This document shows, in pieces, positions 52,175 through 62,496 of a DNA stretch of 64,000 nucleotides. The stretch is from Bacteroidota bacterium (GTDB lineage: Bacteria > Bacteroidota > Bacteroidia > AKYH767-A > 2013-40CM-41-45). Where the stretch lies: NCBI GenBank assembly GCA_043747595.1, contig JAYTOX010000065.1, positions 4,679 through 68,678 of the forward strand, written 5' to 3'. The notes under the pieces are model-generated. The model was given only the letters and a program-made list of their open reading frames with translations, was not told the DNA's origin and searched no databases. The position numbers and the translations under genes were made by a program. Each line of letters opens with the position of its first letter. Positions within the stretch are counted from its first letter, which is position 1.

Positions 52175-53806
52175 ATGGAAAAAAGTTCACAAGCTATCAG
52201 TAAAGGTGCCTTACCAACACTGGTAACCGTCTTCTTCTTCTGGGGATTTGTAGCCGCCTCGAATGGTATATTTATTCCTTTTTGCAAAACACATTTCAAC
52301 CTAAATCAGTTTCAGTCGCAGCTAATCGACACTTCATTTTATGGCGCCTACTTTTTCGGCTCTTTAATTCTGTATCTGCTTTCTTCCTTCTCCGGCGTTG
52401 ATATACTAAATCGTATCGGCTATAAAAACGGAATTATTCTCGGCTTAACAATGTCTGTAGTAGGTGCTGTCTCTTTAGCATTTGTTGCTTCCGTTACAGG
52501 CGCTACTTTCGGAATGGTATTAGCATGCTTCTTTATTATCGCGCTCGGATTTTCACTTCAGCAAACCGCCGCCCAACCTTTTGCGATTGCACTTGGCAGT
52601 CCGGCAACTGGCGCTCACCGTCTCAATTTGGCAGGAGGAATTAATTCATTGGGAACTCTGCTTGGTCCAATTGCTGTGAGTGTTGTTCTCTTCGGCGATC
52701 TCAACAATGCCGGTGTCGCAACTATTCAATCAATAAAAACTTTATACCTCATACTTGGCGGACTTTTCTTTCTTGTTGCTTTTTTCTTTTTCACGAGCAA
52801 AAAACTTCCTACAATAAAAATGGAAGAACATGTAGAAAACAGCAGTAAAGCAATGCGAACATTATTCTTAATTTCCATTCCAACAATCATCTTATTATTT
52901 TTTAATACAATGTTTGGCGACGAGCAAAGAGTTTATTTAGTACTCGGCTCGCTTGTTATTATTCTTGGCTTATTATTTTATGCGCTCTTCGCTGCACAAA
53001 AAAATAAAGAAGGATGGGGCGCAATGCAATATCCGCAATTGGTTATGGGAATGATCGCAATCTTTATTTACGTAGGCATGGAAGTTACCGTGCAAAGTAA
53101 TATGGGAGCATTGCTAAAACAAGCCGAGTTCGGCGGACTCGATGAAAAATTTATTTCGCAATTTATTTCATTGTATTGGGGAAGTTTAATGATTGGCCGA
53201 TGGACGGGAGCTATTGCAGTTTTTGATCTGAAAAAATCGACGAAACAACTCTTGACGGTTATCGTTCCTATTATTGCCTTTGCTGTAATTTTGTTAGTAA
53301 ATCATCTTCGCGGAAATGATGTTAGCGAAATGTATATTTATATTATCGCTGTGCTGTTTTTCGTTGCAGCATTTTTCTTTGCCAATGAACGTCCGGCAAA
53401 AATGCTTTTCACTGTAGCATTAATGGGATCGCTAGCCATGCTTATAGGCCTTATGACAACTGGACGTGTTAGTACATTTGCATTTATTAGTGGCGGATTA
53501 GCATGCTCAGTAATGTGGCCATGCATTTTTGCACTTGCAGTAACCGGATTAGGAAAATACACCAGTCAAGGTTCTGCGTTTTTAATCATGATGATTCTTG
53601 GTGGCGCTATTATTCCTCCGACTCAAGGTGTAATTTGCGACTTTGATAAAATTAGTACAGGAGGAATTGGCGGATTAACATTCACACATTTCTCTTATAT
53701 CGTTCCATTTATTTGTTTCAGTTATTTGGTTTGGCATGCAACGAAAACGAAAAATATTTTGAAAACTCAAGGGCTCGATTACGATCAACAAATGGCCGGA
53801 CATTAA
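52175..53806 (+). CDS. MFS transporter (FucP/glucose-galactose-like)
   Basis: About 12 hydrophobic helices, with G/A-rich MFS motifs. Confidence 0.7.
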   Translation: MEKSSQAISKGALPTLVTVFFFWGFVAASNGIFIPFCKTHFNLNQFQSQLIDTSFYGAYFFGSLILYLLSSFSGVDILNRIGYKNGIILGLTMSVVGAVSLAFVASVTGATFGMVLACFFIIALGFSLQQTAAQPFAIALGSPATGAHRLNLAGGINSLGTLLGPIAVSVVLFGDLNNAGVATIQSIKTLYLILGGLFFLVAFFFFTSKKLPTIKMEEHVENSSKAMRTLFLISIPTIILLFFNTMFGDEQRVYLVLGSLVIILGLLFYALFAAQKNKEGWGAMQYPQLVMGMIAIFIYVGMEVTVQSNMGALLKQAEFGGLDEKFISQFISLYWGSLMIGRWTGAIAVFDLKKSTKQLLTVIVPIIAFAVILLVNHLRGNDVSEMYIYIIAVLFFVAAFFFANERPAKMLFTVALMGSLAMLIGLMTTGRVSTFAFISGGLACSVMWPCIFALAVTGLGKYTSQGSAFLIMMILGGAIIPPTQGVICDFDKISTGGIGGLTFTHFSYIVPFICFSYLVWHATKTKNILKTQGLDYDQQMAGH

Positions 53807-53820
53807 TTGAATTAAAGATG

Positions 53821-53867
53821 AAGGAAACAGGACAGAAGAAATTCTTAGTCCTGTTTCCTTTGTTTAT
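53821..53867 (+). terminator. intrinsic terminator
   Basis: aaggaaacaggac ... gtcctgtttcctt, then a T-rich run. Confidence 0.65.
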
Positions 53868-54007
53868 CAAATACTTAGATAAAGACATATCCCCCTTTTC
53901 AGCCCAATTCTACTTCAAATTAATGCCTCATTTCTTTGATTTCCAAAATCTTTTATCGTTTCTTTGCCGCGGATAAACACTCCAAAAATTTCAGACAAAA
54001 CTATATT

Positions 54008-55438
54008 ATGAAAAAACTAATTACTGCACTAAGCATTGCCTGCTGCATATTCATCACGCAGTCGAATGCTCAAAATGTTGATCACCCTTGGTTATTCGGA
54101 ATCGGATTTCATGGTGTTGATTATACTTCAGTTGATCCAATGTTCAAAGGATTATACGACATCGATCATTTTCAAACTATTCCGGCATTCTCAAAATTTG
54201 ATGCAGCTAAAAATATCAATCGCTCGTTTGCGGTTGGACTTTCTTTCGCTGCTTCTAAAACAAGCCACAGCGGATTAAAAAGTACTGATAAAAAATTCTT
54301 CGGCGACTTCGATCTTTTAGGAAAATATCTTTTTGCGAATGATTATATTTTGAAATCTGATTGTTGGTTTGATCCTTACATCGCGGCTGGTCCGGGATTA
54401 AGTATGTATGGTAGCGATAAATCAATTGCGCTAAACGTAGGTGTCGGAATAAATTTGTGGTTTAGCGAAAATGTTGGCTTCAATGTTCAAACATTGTTAA
54501 ACACTGCAACTTCTGAGGCTGTTGGCGATTACTTCCACCACTCAATTGGTGTGGTTATTCGTCTTGGCGGAAAAGACACTGACAAAGATGGCGTACTTGA
54601 TCGCGTTGACAAATGTCCTACAGTATTCGGTTTAGCTGAACTTGATGGTTGTCCTGATAAAGATGGCGATGGTATTGCTGACAATGTTGATGCTTGTCCT
54701 GATGTTAAAGGATTGAAATCGTTAAACGGTTGTCCTGACACTGACGGTGATGGTATAGCAGATAAAGACGATAATTGTCCGAATGATAAAGGAACAAAAG
54801 AATTACATGGATGTCCTGATAAAGATGGTGACGGTATCGCTGACAAAGACGATAAATGTCCGGATGTAAAAGGTCTAGCTAAATTTGATGGTTGTCCTGA
54901 TACAGATGGCGACGGAATTGCTGATAAAGATGATGCTTGTCCTGATCAAAAAGGTACTATTGAAACAAAAGGTTGCCCGGATAAAGATGGCGATGGCGTT
55001 GCAGACAAAGACGATAAATGTCCTGATGTAAAAGGATTGAAATCGAATAGTGGTTGTCCTGCTATCGATGAATCGAAGAAGAAAGAAGTGTTACAGAAGA
55101 TCTCTTTCGCTGCTAAATCAATTCAATTTGAAACAGGAAAAGATGTAATTAAGTCGGTATCGTTTGTAAAACTTGATACAGTGGTGAACATCATGAAACA
55201 ATATGAAGCAACTACATGGTCAATCGAAGGTCATACGGATAATGTTGGAAATGCTGCTTCAAACTTAGAGCTTTCTAAGCGCAGAGCTGCTGCGGTGAAA
55301 ACATATTTCATCAACAAAGGAATCAATGCTTCTCGTCTTTCTTCAGAAGGATATGGAGATACAAAACCTGCTGCTGACAATAAAACAGCTGCCGGACGTA
55401 CTATCAACAGAAGAGTAGAAATTAAGTTGAACGAATAG
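54008..55438 (+). CDS. OmpA-family protein with six thrombospondin type-3 repeats
   Basis: Signal peptide (start moved to MKKLITAL). 27-aa 'D.DGDGIAD..D.CP...G....GCP' units repeat six times. C-terminal OmpA box '[23 protein letters not shown]'. Confidence 0.85.
   Translation: MKKLITALSIACCIFITQSNAQNVDHPWLFGIGFHGVDYTSVDPMFKGLYDIDHFQTIPAFSKFDAAKNINRSFAVGLSFAASKTSHSGLKSTDKKFFGDFDLLGKYLFANDYILKSDCWFDPYIAAGPGLSMYGSDKSIALNVGVGINLWFSENVGFNVQTLLNTATSEAVGDYFHHSIGVVIRLGGKDTDKDGVLDRVDKCPTVFGLAELDGCPDKDGDGIADNVDACPDVKGLKSLNGCPDTDGDGIADKDDNCPNDKGTKELHGCPDKDGDGIADKDDKCPDVKGLAKFDGCPDTDGDGIADKDDACPDQKGTIETKGCPDKDGDGVADKDDKCPDVKGLKSNSGCPAIDESKKKEVLQKISFAAKSIQFETGKDVIKSVSFVKLDTVVNIMKQYEATTWSIEGHTDNVGNAASNLELSKRRAAAVKTYFINKGINASRLSSEGYGDTKPAADNKTAAGRTINRRVEIKLNE
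54576..55060 (+). repeat. six tandem 81-nt repeats encoding TSP3 calcium-binding units
   Basis: Near-identical DNA repeats are visible. Confidence 0.8.
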
Positions 55439-55460
55439 TTCATCTTTCAGAATAAATAGA

Positions 55461-55496
55461 AATGGCCGGATAAATATATCCGGCCATTTTTTTTTG
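55461..55496. terminator. bidirectional intrinsic terminator between convergent genes
   Basis: aatggccggata / tatccggccatt, flanked by A-runs and T-runs. Confidence 0.7.
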
Positions 55497-55499
55497 CAT

Positions 55500-55985
55500 T
55501 TAAAAAGGCAAATCGAAATCGTCGTCTTCCGGATAGTATTCTGAATATGTAAAATGAGTAATCATATTACTATTTGGAATGTGGAGAAGATGTTCCATAA
55601 ATAACTTTTCAGTAATGAATTTGTAGATTTCGTATTCAGAAAGAGCGCTGATACAATCAACAATAATATTGTGTTTTTCGAGAAGCGCTGTGAGCTTCTT
55701 TAATTCCGACTTCAACATTTTAGGATTCATCGTTTCGGCAGGTGCAAAATCGGGGCGACCGATTAAGTCGAAGCAAAGGATGGTATTGTTCTCAGCATAC
55801 GCTTTTTCAAAACGTTGAACCGATTTCAACCAAGCTCTTTCTATGTCTACCGGAAGGTCGCACATGCTATCGTTAAAAGTCATTCCGAATTCTGCATTCA
55901 GTTGCATCTTCAAAATCTCATTGCCTATTTTTATTTCTTCGTGTGTTAACTTAGATGTTCTTTTCATAATAATATTTTTTTTCAA
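55500..55985 (-). CDS. hypothetical protein
   Basis: 161-aa ORF with no recognizable motif. Confidence 0.4.
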   Translation of the reverse strand: MKKNIIMKRTSKLTHEEIKIGNEILKMQLNAEFGMTFNDSMCDLPVDIERAWLKSVQRFEKAYAENNTILCFDLIGRPDFAPAETMNPKMLKSELKKLTALLEKHNIIVDCISALSEYEIYKFITEKLFMEHLLHIPNSNMITHFTYSEYYPEDDDFDLPF

Positions 55986-56177
55986 AAATAGAGTGACAAT
56001 TGCTTTTCTGTATCGCCGAAAAGCTGTTTGCCGAATTGATTAACCATCATTTATGCTAGAAAAAACAGTACAACCAATGAATATTATCATTTTGACCCCA
56101 TTGGTTTTCTTAGTATCTTGAACTGGTCAATAACTTTCGAAGTTTAAAACATCACACAATTATTTTAATTTCTATTT

Positions 56178-57671
56178 ATGAACATACTCATCACCTCAGC
56201 CGGAAATTTTAACGCAAGCGCGTTGATAAAAGAACTTGAAATAATCAATGATGTACATATTTTTGTTTCCGATGAATTTGAACTGATAGCTTCCAAATTT
56301 TTATCGCCTAGTTTTATTAAACTTCCAGATGCAAACGAAGAAAACTACAAGGCAGAACTGAAGGCTGCGTGTATAAAAAATAAAATCGATTTAGTTATTC
56401 CTTCCTCCGAAATTGATACCATAACATTAGCAGAATTAAAAAGCGAAGTAAATTTTAAAATTGCCATATCTGAATTATCGTTAGCACAAACACTTCAAAC
56501 ACGCAAGCCTGCAGAAGTATTTTTGGCAAACAACGGATTTACGACAAACACCGACGACGACATAGTAGAGATTATGGAATCGGGTGTATTAGATATCGAT
56601 CATTATATAGCAGAATTTGCAATCGACTTTTCTGGAAATGCTAGTACAGTAGTGACTAGAAAAATTATTTCGATCGAAGAAGCTACGATTGCTGTGAGTG
56701 AGAAATACGACAATGAAATAATAAGAGAAACAATTAATAATTTGATTTCGCTTTTTGTAAAAAATAATGGTTGCGGATTTTTCAGTGTTCATTTACTGGA
56801 AATGCATGGAAAATTACTAGTGAATAGAGTACAGCAGCATTTAACATCAACAGCGCATTTAGGAAATAGCATCGGCGACAATCTCTGCAAGTGGATGATT
56901 ACAGGAAAGAGTAATAGCGCAAGTACATTGTTACCGAATGGTACACGATCGTTTGTGTATTTGAAAGATCGCATTGTGCCTGCGAAAGTCCCTTCGTTGA
57001 AAGCAATAGTTTTTGATCTTGATGAAACATTGTTTCCTCAAAAGCCATGGATCTTGAAGAAGCTGGCGATGTTACATGAGACATTAAATTTTGAAAAAGT
57101 AACCGTCGATAAATTTGTTGATACCGGATTACGATTGTTAGAAGAAGGGCATCGCAGTGATTTGTTAGATCGATTAGCAGAATTATTTAAGTTGCCATCA
57201 GATAAAATGATATCGACTTATCGAAATTTAATTCCCGATACAACAGAGTATCCCGATGTAAAACCGGTGTTGAATGAGTTGAGGTCGCAAGGATATTTGA
57301 TCGGGCTGCTGACAGACAATCCCCCAAATTCTCAGAAGCAGAAATTGGAGTCGACAGGTTTGGGCGATTATTTCGATGCTGTGCATTTTACAAAAGAGAG
57401 TGGTTTTGAAAAGCCCGATCCACAGGGATTTCTACAGATAAGAAAGAAGCTGAATGTAGAGGCGAATGAGTGTTGTATGGTGGGCGATCATTTGTATAAA
57501 GACATAATAGGCGGTCATGCATCCGGTTTTGCCGCATTGTGTTGGTTGCAGCGGAGCGGCGGCATTTTTAATTTCGACGTAACACAGTTTAGGAGGCTTC
57601 ATCCGGAGATTCATTTTCATCGTTTTGCCGATATGGTGCATTTAAAAGGATTTTTAGATCGGGAGCGATAA
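56178..57671 (+). CDS. ATP-grasp domain / HAD-family hydrolase fusion protein
   Basis: The N-terminal half carries ATP-grasp-like K (TRKPAEV), E (IAEFAIDF) and E-x-N-x-R (LLEMHGKLLVNRV) motifs. The C-terminal half has HAD motif I 'VFDLDETLF' and motif IV 'GDHLYKDI'. Confidence 0.5.
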   Translation: MNILITSAGNFNASALIKELEIINDVHIFVSDEFELIASKFLSPSFIKLPDANEENYKAELKAACIKNKIDLVIPSSEIDTITLAELKSEVNFKIAISELSLAQTLQTRKPAEVFLANNGFTTNTDDDIVEIMESGVLDIDHYIAEFAIDFSGNASTVVTRKIISIEEATIAVSEKYDNEIIRETINNLISLFVKNNGCGFFSVHLLEMHGKLLVNRVQQHLTSTAHLGNSIGDNLCKWMITGKSNSASTLLPNGTRSFVYLKDRIVPAKVPSLKAIVFDLDETLFPQKPWILKKLAMLHETLNFEKVTVDKFVDTGLRLLEEGHRSDLLDRLAELFKLPSDKMISTYRNLIPDTTEYPDVKPVLNELRSQGYLIGLLTDNPPNSQKQKLESTGLGDYFDAVHFTKESGFEKPDPQGFLQIRKKLNVEANECCMVGDHLYKDIIGGHASGFAALCWLQRSGGIFNFDVTQFRRLHPEIHFHRFADMVHLKGFLDRER

Positions 57672-57846
57672 GGCAGGGAGTAAGCGAGCAGAATAGAGAG
57701 GAGAAAAGATGAATCAGCACAATTGTTCCGGCCGTTCATTCTAATATCCTAACAATGAAGCACAAACAATTCCAAATAAAAACAGCGTAAAATTTGGGGT
57801 TTTGAATGATTTATCTATTTTTGCAGTCCTCGTAAAAAAGGAAAAC

Positions 57847-57923
57847 GGTTCGGTAGTTCAGTTGGTTAGAATACATGCCTGTCACGCATGGGGTCGCGGG
57901 TTCGAGTCCCGTCCGGACCGCCA
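57847..57923 (+). tRNA. tRNA-Asp (anticodon GTC)
   Basis: 77-nt cloverleaf with a 7-bp acceptor stem, anticodon loop CTGTCAC, T-loop GGTTCGAGTCC and a 3' CCA. It closely resembles bacterial tRNA-Asp. Confidence 0.9.
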
Positions 57924-58489
57924 ACACAAAGATTAAAGCCTTGTAGCAGATGATGTTACGAGGCTTTGTTGTTTTTGGGGGACAGTTTTTTTATTTTTTA
58001 CTGAATAACGAAGGGCAGTTAAACACTCCATAACTTGCCAGTGGAACACCAAGTAGTAGATTTATCGCAATTTCTAATTACTAATTCCGTCAAGCTCCCT
58101 AATTATGCGTTGGTATTCGTGAAGTGAGGTAATACTAATTCCGTCAGAAATAAAGATCACCAATACCAATTTTATTAAGCTCGATTAAATTCAGCTTATC
58201 ATCAGCCATAATTAATTTCTTAATAAGTACAATTTCATTTAGTTTATAACGAATACGGCTAACAGCAATTCGCTTTGCATGTGCGGATATCTGTTTAAAT
58301 TCATCATTGAAACAACCTATGAATTCAATGAAGCCCCATGTATCAAGCATTCTTTTCCGGTCTAAGAGCTTATGAATTGTAATTATATTTTAATTCTTAT
58401 TCAGTTGAATTCTGTCACATACATTTTTAATCTCTGACCAGCTTCAAAAAGAGAATTATTTCATAGATTAGTGGCTTAAACCTTTTAGT

Positions 58490-59080
58490 ATGCTAGTTAA
58501 ATCAAAGAATGTAGAAGGCGAATTAACAATTTTAGTACAGCAATCAATCGGCGAATATATCTACACTTTTGAGGGGATGCTCCAATCTATAAGGAAAACA
58601 GTTCTTGTTATTCTGAAAAAATATGGATTGAAAGATGAAGCTGTTGGATTAATTATAATACATGATTCATCAGCAAAATCTTTACTTGATTATTTCAAAG
58701 CTTTACTGATACATCTAAAAAAAGATCAACTTTCAGATAAGAATACAAAAAACTATATTAGTAAAATATGGAAAGAAATTCAGGAAGCAATGGAATTCCG
58801 AAATGATATTGCACATGCATATTGGTTTACCGGATATGAATATGATCAAGATGGTGCTACTGGCATTGGTATATTTGCTGACAAACACAAAGTAATGAAA
58901 GACGGTTTGAAAAATAGATTTGAATCTTTCGAACAAAAGCATCTAAAGGACATGAAAAAGAAAAGTGAATTAAATCTAAATTTAAAACATAACATTTTAA
59001 ATATCTCAAATAATATATGGATTAACAAACCATTACTTTTCAATTCAGATATTGTAAATAAGAATACTGGTTTTAGGTAA
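58490..59080 (+). CDS. HEPN-like protein, paralog A (conserved R-N-x3-H-x-Y-W)
   Basis: 196 aa. 'EFRNDIAHAYW' contains Rx4H. It shares ~30% identity and an 'HDSS.K.L.DYF' motif with the 60385 ORF. Confidence 0.4.
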   Translation: MLVKSKNVEGELTILVQQSIGEYIYTFEGMLQSIRKTVLVILKKYGLKDEAVGLIIIHDSSAKSLLDYFKALLIHLKKDQLSDKNTKNYISKIWKEIQEAMEFRNDIAHAYWFTGYEYDQDGATGIGIFADKHKVMKDGLKNRFESFEQKHLKDMKKKSELNLNLKHNILNISNNIWINKPLLFNSDIVNKNTGFR

Positions 59081-59112
59081 CCAGCAAATAATAGAACATT
59101 TAAACTTTTAAT

Positions 59113-60081
59113 ATGTCAATTTCATCAATACCAGTTTCAGAAGTTCAGGAAATTCTTGCAGAGCTCGGAAATCTTGAATTACACACTTACCCTAAAGATA
59201 ATGCTCAAAAGTTAATCAATAGATTAATTAGACTAGGTGTAGTGCTCGTGGATTTAAAACCCGGCAAAACCATGATGCGGCTTCGACCAAATAATAATGG
59301 TCAAAGACATAATACAGATGATCAACTTTGGTATCGACCACAAAAATATAATACCACATACCAGCGTGCAAGCACCATCGATGCCACCATGTTTTATGCA
59401 TGTCTTCAAGCCAATACACCTGAAGGCCTGGAGAATAGAACTGAGATTGTGAAAGCTCAACTTGCATGCGCAGTTGAAACTTTTAAATGGTTTAGAGAGA
59501 AACGTTCTTGCTGTTATCAAAAAATTACATATAGCCGTTGGTTAGTTAAAAAACTTATTACTGTAGTAGGCATTGTACATCATCCCAAATTTATTGAAGG
59601 TACACCATATGCAACTGAATTAAATAACGCGCATAAAGATTTTATGTCGAAATATCCAGACATCGAAATTCAGACTAATCTTATTTCACAGTTCTTTAGC
59701 GACCAATTCGGGCGTGATGATGCTGATAGTGATCATGACTATTTGTATTTATTGTCTGCTTTGTACAGTGAAACTATTGTTAAATCAGGATTTCAAGGTG
59801 TGTTGTATCCAAGCGTAAGAGTCGAAGGTAAGACACTAAATATAGCAATCACACCTGATACTGTTCACACTTCATTGGAATTAATAGCAGCAGGCGAAGG
59901 TTCAATTTATAAATATCTTGGCGAAGGTTTTATTGATAATGATTCACAAGCAGAAAATATCGCTAATAAAAAAAATATACCTTATTACGACATAACAGAT
60001 GATCGGTATCATATGGGTCAGGACAAAATGTTGAAGCATTTTGGTCTAAGTTCAATTTCAGAATTATGTGATTGTAAATAA
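59113..60081 (+). CDS. RES-domain protein (putative NAD+-targeting toxin family)
   Basis: 'MRLRPNNNGQRHN' (GxRxN), a downstream Tyr and Glu, and 'GVLYPSVRVEGKTLNIAI' (vPS...N.v.f) occur in RES order. Confidence 0.5.
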   Translation: MSISSIPVSEVQEILAELGNLELHTYPKDNAQKLINRLIRLGVVLVDLKPGKTMMRLRPNNNGQRHNTDDQLWYRPQKYNTTYQRASTIDATMFYACLQANTPEGLENRTEIVKAQLACAVETFKWFREKRSCCYQKITYSRWLVKKLITVVGIVHHPKFIEGTPYATELNNAHKDFMSKYPDIEIQTNLISQFFSDQFGRDDADSDHDYLYLLSALYSETIVKSGFQGVLYPSVRVEGKTLNIAITPDTVHTSLELIAAGEGSIYKYLGEGFIDNDSQAENIANKKNIPYYDITDDRYHMGQDKMLKHFGLSSISELCDCK

Positions 60082-60097
60082 ATTTAAAGAAAGACCA

Positions 60098-60370
60098 ATG
60101 GCAATATGCAGATGTGCAGAGCATGCACCATTAAACCAAAATAAACACACTTATACCCATTTGATTGAACCAATTGGTTATCCAAAAACAGCAGCGATTT
60201 GTGGACATATAATAGATGACAAATCAGACATTCGTTGTGAAGAAATTGGAATGGTATATCTTACCTCATTTGAATTACATAACTTTCAACAAGGTCACAG
60301 AGTTTTTACTCTTGCAACATCAACTATTCGTGTGAAGGTTAAGGATAAAGCACCAATGAAATATATTTGA
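60098..60370 (+). CDS. small Cys-rich protein (possible zinc-binding)
   Basis: About 91 aa, with 'CRC', 'ICGH' and 'RCEE'. It is tightly coupled between the RES and HEPN-like genes. Confidence 0.35.
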   Translation: MAICRCAEHAPLNQNKHTYTHLIEPIGYPKTAAICGHIIDDKSDIRCEEIGMVYLTSFELHNFQQGHRVFTLATSTIRVKVKDKAPMKYI

Positions 60371-60384
60371 TAATAATATTATCT

Positions 60385-60945
60385 ATGGCATCTAATATCA
60401 AAAAAGAAAGAACAATTCTTCCAGTTCCTGAATCAACTTATGATGATAAAGTACTTTCAGAATACTTAGGGCAATTTGTAATTGAGTTTGAAAGGTTAAT
60501 GGATAATCTTCGTACAACAATTTCAACTGTTCTATATAAGGAAGGATTAAAAGAAACTTTCTATAGTGAAATTTTAATGCATGATTCAACAACAAAAAAT
60601 CTTACAGATTACTATTGTGCCACGTTAAAGTTTTATTTGGCCCCATGTATACCTGAATGGCTACCATCAGAAACAGAAAAAAACAAGATAGACAAAAAGG
60701 AAAAGTTAGAAACTGAAAGGGTAATTCACACTTTCATTGAAAAGGTTTATTCCAAATTAGGCGAAATAGGTAAAGTGCGAAACACCTTCCTTCATTCACC
60801 TTGGCAAAGTATGCATTTTAAAAGCGCGGTTAATTTTGTTGCGGAAAGGTTTTCAGTTAATGGAAAAGGCGCTAAGAATAAATATCATAATGAAACAGTA
60901 AGCCCCGAAACCTTCATCAACTTATTAACAACATTAAAATACTAA
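60385..60945 (+). CDS. HEPN-like protein, paralog B
   Basis: 'KVRNTFLHSPW' (Rx4H) at the position aligned with paralog A, plus the 'HDSTTKNLTDYY' motif. The ORF-track TTG start at 60367 was replaced by the ATG at 60385. Confidence 0.4.
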   Translation: MASNIKKERTILPVPESTYDDKVLSEYLGQFVIEFERLMDNLRTTISTVLYKEGLKETFYSEILMHDSTTKNLTDYYCATLKFYLAPCIPEWLPSETEKNKIDKKEKLETERVIHTFIEKVYSKLGEIGKVRNTFLHSPWQSMHFKSAVNFVAERFSVNGKGAKNKYHNETVSPETFINLLTTLKY

Positions 60946-61528
60946 ATCAAGAAATAGAGAATACAGCTGATGTTTTATTTAAGTACAGTTCTGAAGAAAT
61001 ACGGAAAGGTGTATATCCTTTTTCAACTTTACATATTATTGCCGGAATAAATGATCTGAACTTTGATATTGTTGAAATATAATAACAGTTAAAACCGAAA
61101 AGATCAACAGGACCTTTCATATAACCTTTGAACGGTTGTTGATGCGAATACCTTTCCGTTAAGGAGAATGTTACATGGAAAATAGGACACAATTTCAATT
61201 GCGTAACCTGTCAAGCACCATTCCATCTGCACTACCATTTGTAAAGAAGCCCATTACTGATTCCCGAACGGAATGATCACAGTTTGAATCGACAAAGGGT
61301 GGTCAATTTCATCGGTGCTTGCAAACTTATCCAGAACTTATTAAATTATTTGGAACGCCGGTATCAAAGATTCCGGTTCCATATCAACCATTTAGATTTA
61401 CGAAGGTTCACTACTTGTTTGCTGCTGTCATACTTGGACTTGCAGCATATGGTACAATCAGTTTAATAAAAAATAAAACCACTTTAATGCCAATTAAAAT
61501 TAAGGGCAAAGAAGAAAAATGATTTCAG

Positions 61529-62458
61529 TTAAGAAATCAAAGTTAGAAATTCAGTCTCATAGATGAGTTGAATATTAAAACCTGCTGCTCGTAATTCTTC
61601 AACCTTCCTCATCTTTGCTTGTCCGGCAGAATTACCGACAATTACAATGTCTGTTTTCTTGCTAATCCCTGTATTGATATCACCACCAAGATTTTGAACT
61701 TTAGCAGCTGCATCATGTCGTTCTATTGACTTTAAATCGCCGGTAAAAACAATTCTCTTCGAATAAAAAATATGTTCCTTATTCTCTGCCATTAAATTAG
61801 GCTTGAGTAATGCACTATCTATTACTTTCTTTTCAAAAACTGAGAAATCTTTTCCGCTATTATTTCCGGAATCGTTTTTAGATATTCGATGAGTCAAGTC
61901 ATCGTTACTAAAACGAAATGATTTCTTATCATAAACAGGAATTGCTCTAATGCCAATTTCAGAACAGATAATTGCATCTGCTAAACAATTATGATGTAGA
62001 AAATCCATCTTGAAATATTCAGCCAAATCAACAAGACGAAATCTTTCGAGATCACGGTATACTTCCTGAGCTAGTTTCTGTGTGCAGAGATATTTCATTT
62101 TAGGATGACCAATGGAATAAGCATTTAGAGTCTGTTTAAGGACATCAATATCAAAGTCGGCATTATGCGCCAATACAATCTGTCCGTCGATCTCAGGAGC
62201 TATTTGATCCCATACATCATCAAATTCTAATGCATCTTCTACGACTTTTGCACTTATGCCGTGAAAACTGACATTAATTTTAGCGAATCTCATTTCTTTG
62301 GGCCGAATGAGGATCTCACGCTTCAATATAATTTCTCCACCGACAACTTTCACAATGCCTAATGAACAAGGACTATTACGTTGTTCATTTGCAGTTTCAA
62401 AATCGATTGCTGTAAAATTTAGTTCATCAAGGTTTTTAAGTATTTGATTTTGTTCCAT
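61529..62458 (-). CDS. DnaQ-like 3'-5' exonuclease fused to a C-terminal BRCT domain
   Basis: Exo I 'AIDFETAN', Exo II 'LAHNADFD' and an Exo III region. The C-terminal ~80 aa, 'IVFTGDL...AAAKVQNLGG...', are BRCT-like. Confidence 0.7.
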   Translation of the reverse strand: MEQNQILKNLDELNFTAIDFETANEQRNSPCSLGIVKVVGGEIILKREILIRPKEMRFAKINVSFHGISAKVVEDALEFDDVWDQIAPEIDGQIVLAHNADFDIDVLKQTLNAYSIGHPKMKYLCTQKLAQEVYRDLERFRLVDLAEYFKMDFLHHNCLADAIICSEIGIRAIPVYDKKSFRFSNDDLTHRISKNDSGNNSGKDFSVFEKKVIDSALLKPNLMAENKEHIFYSKRIVFTGDLKSIERHDAAAKVQNLGGDINTGISKKTDIVIVGNSAGQAKMRKVEELRAAGFNIQLIYETEFLTLIS

Positions 62459-62496
62459 TGGGAAAGTATTATTTATTTGTTAAGTCAATTCAACTT

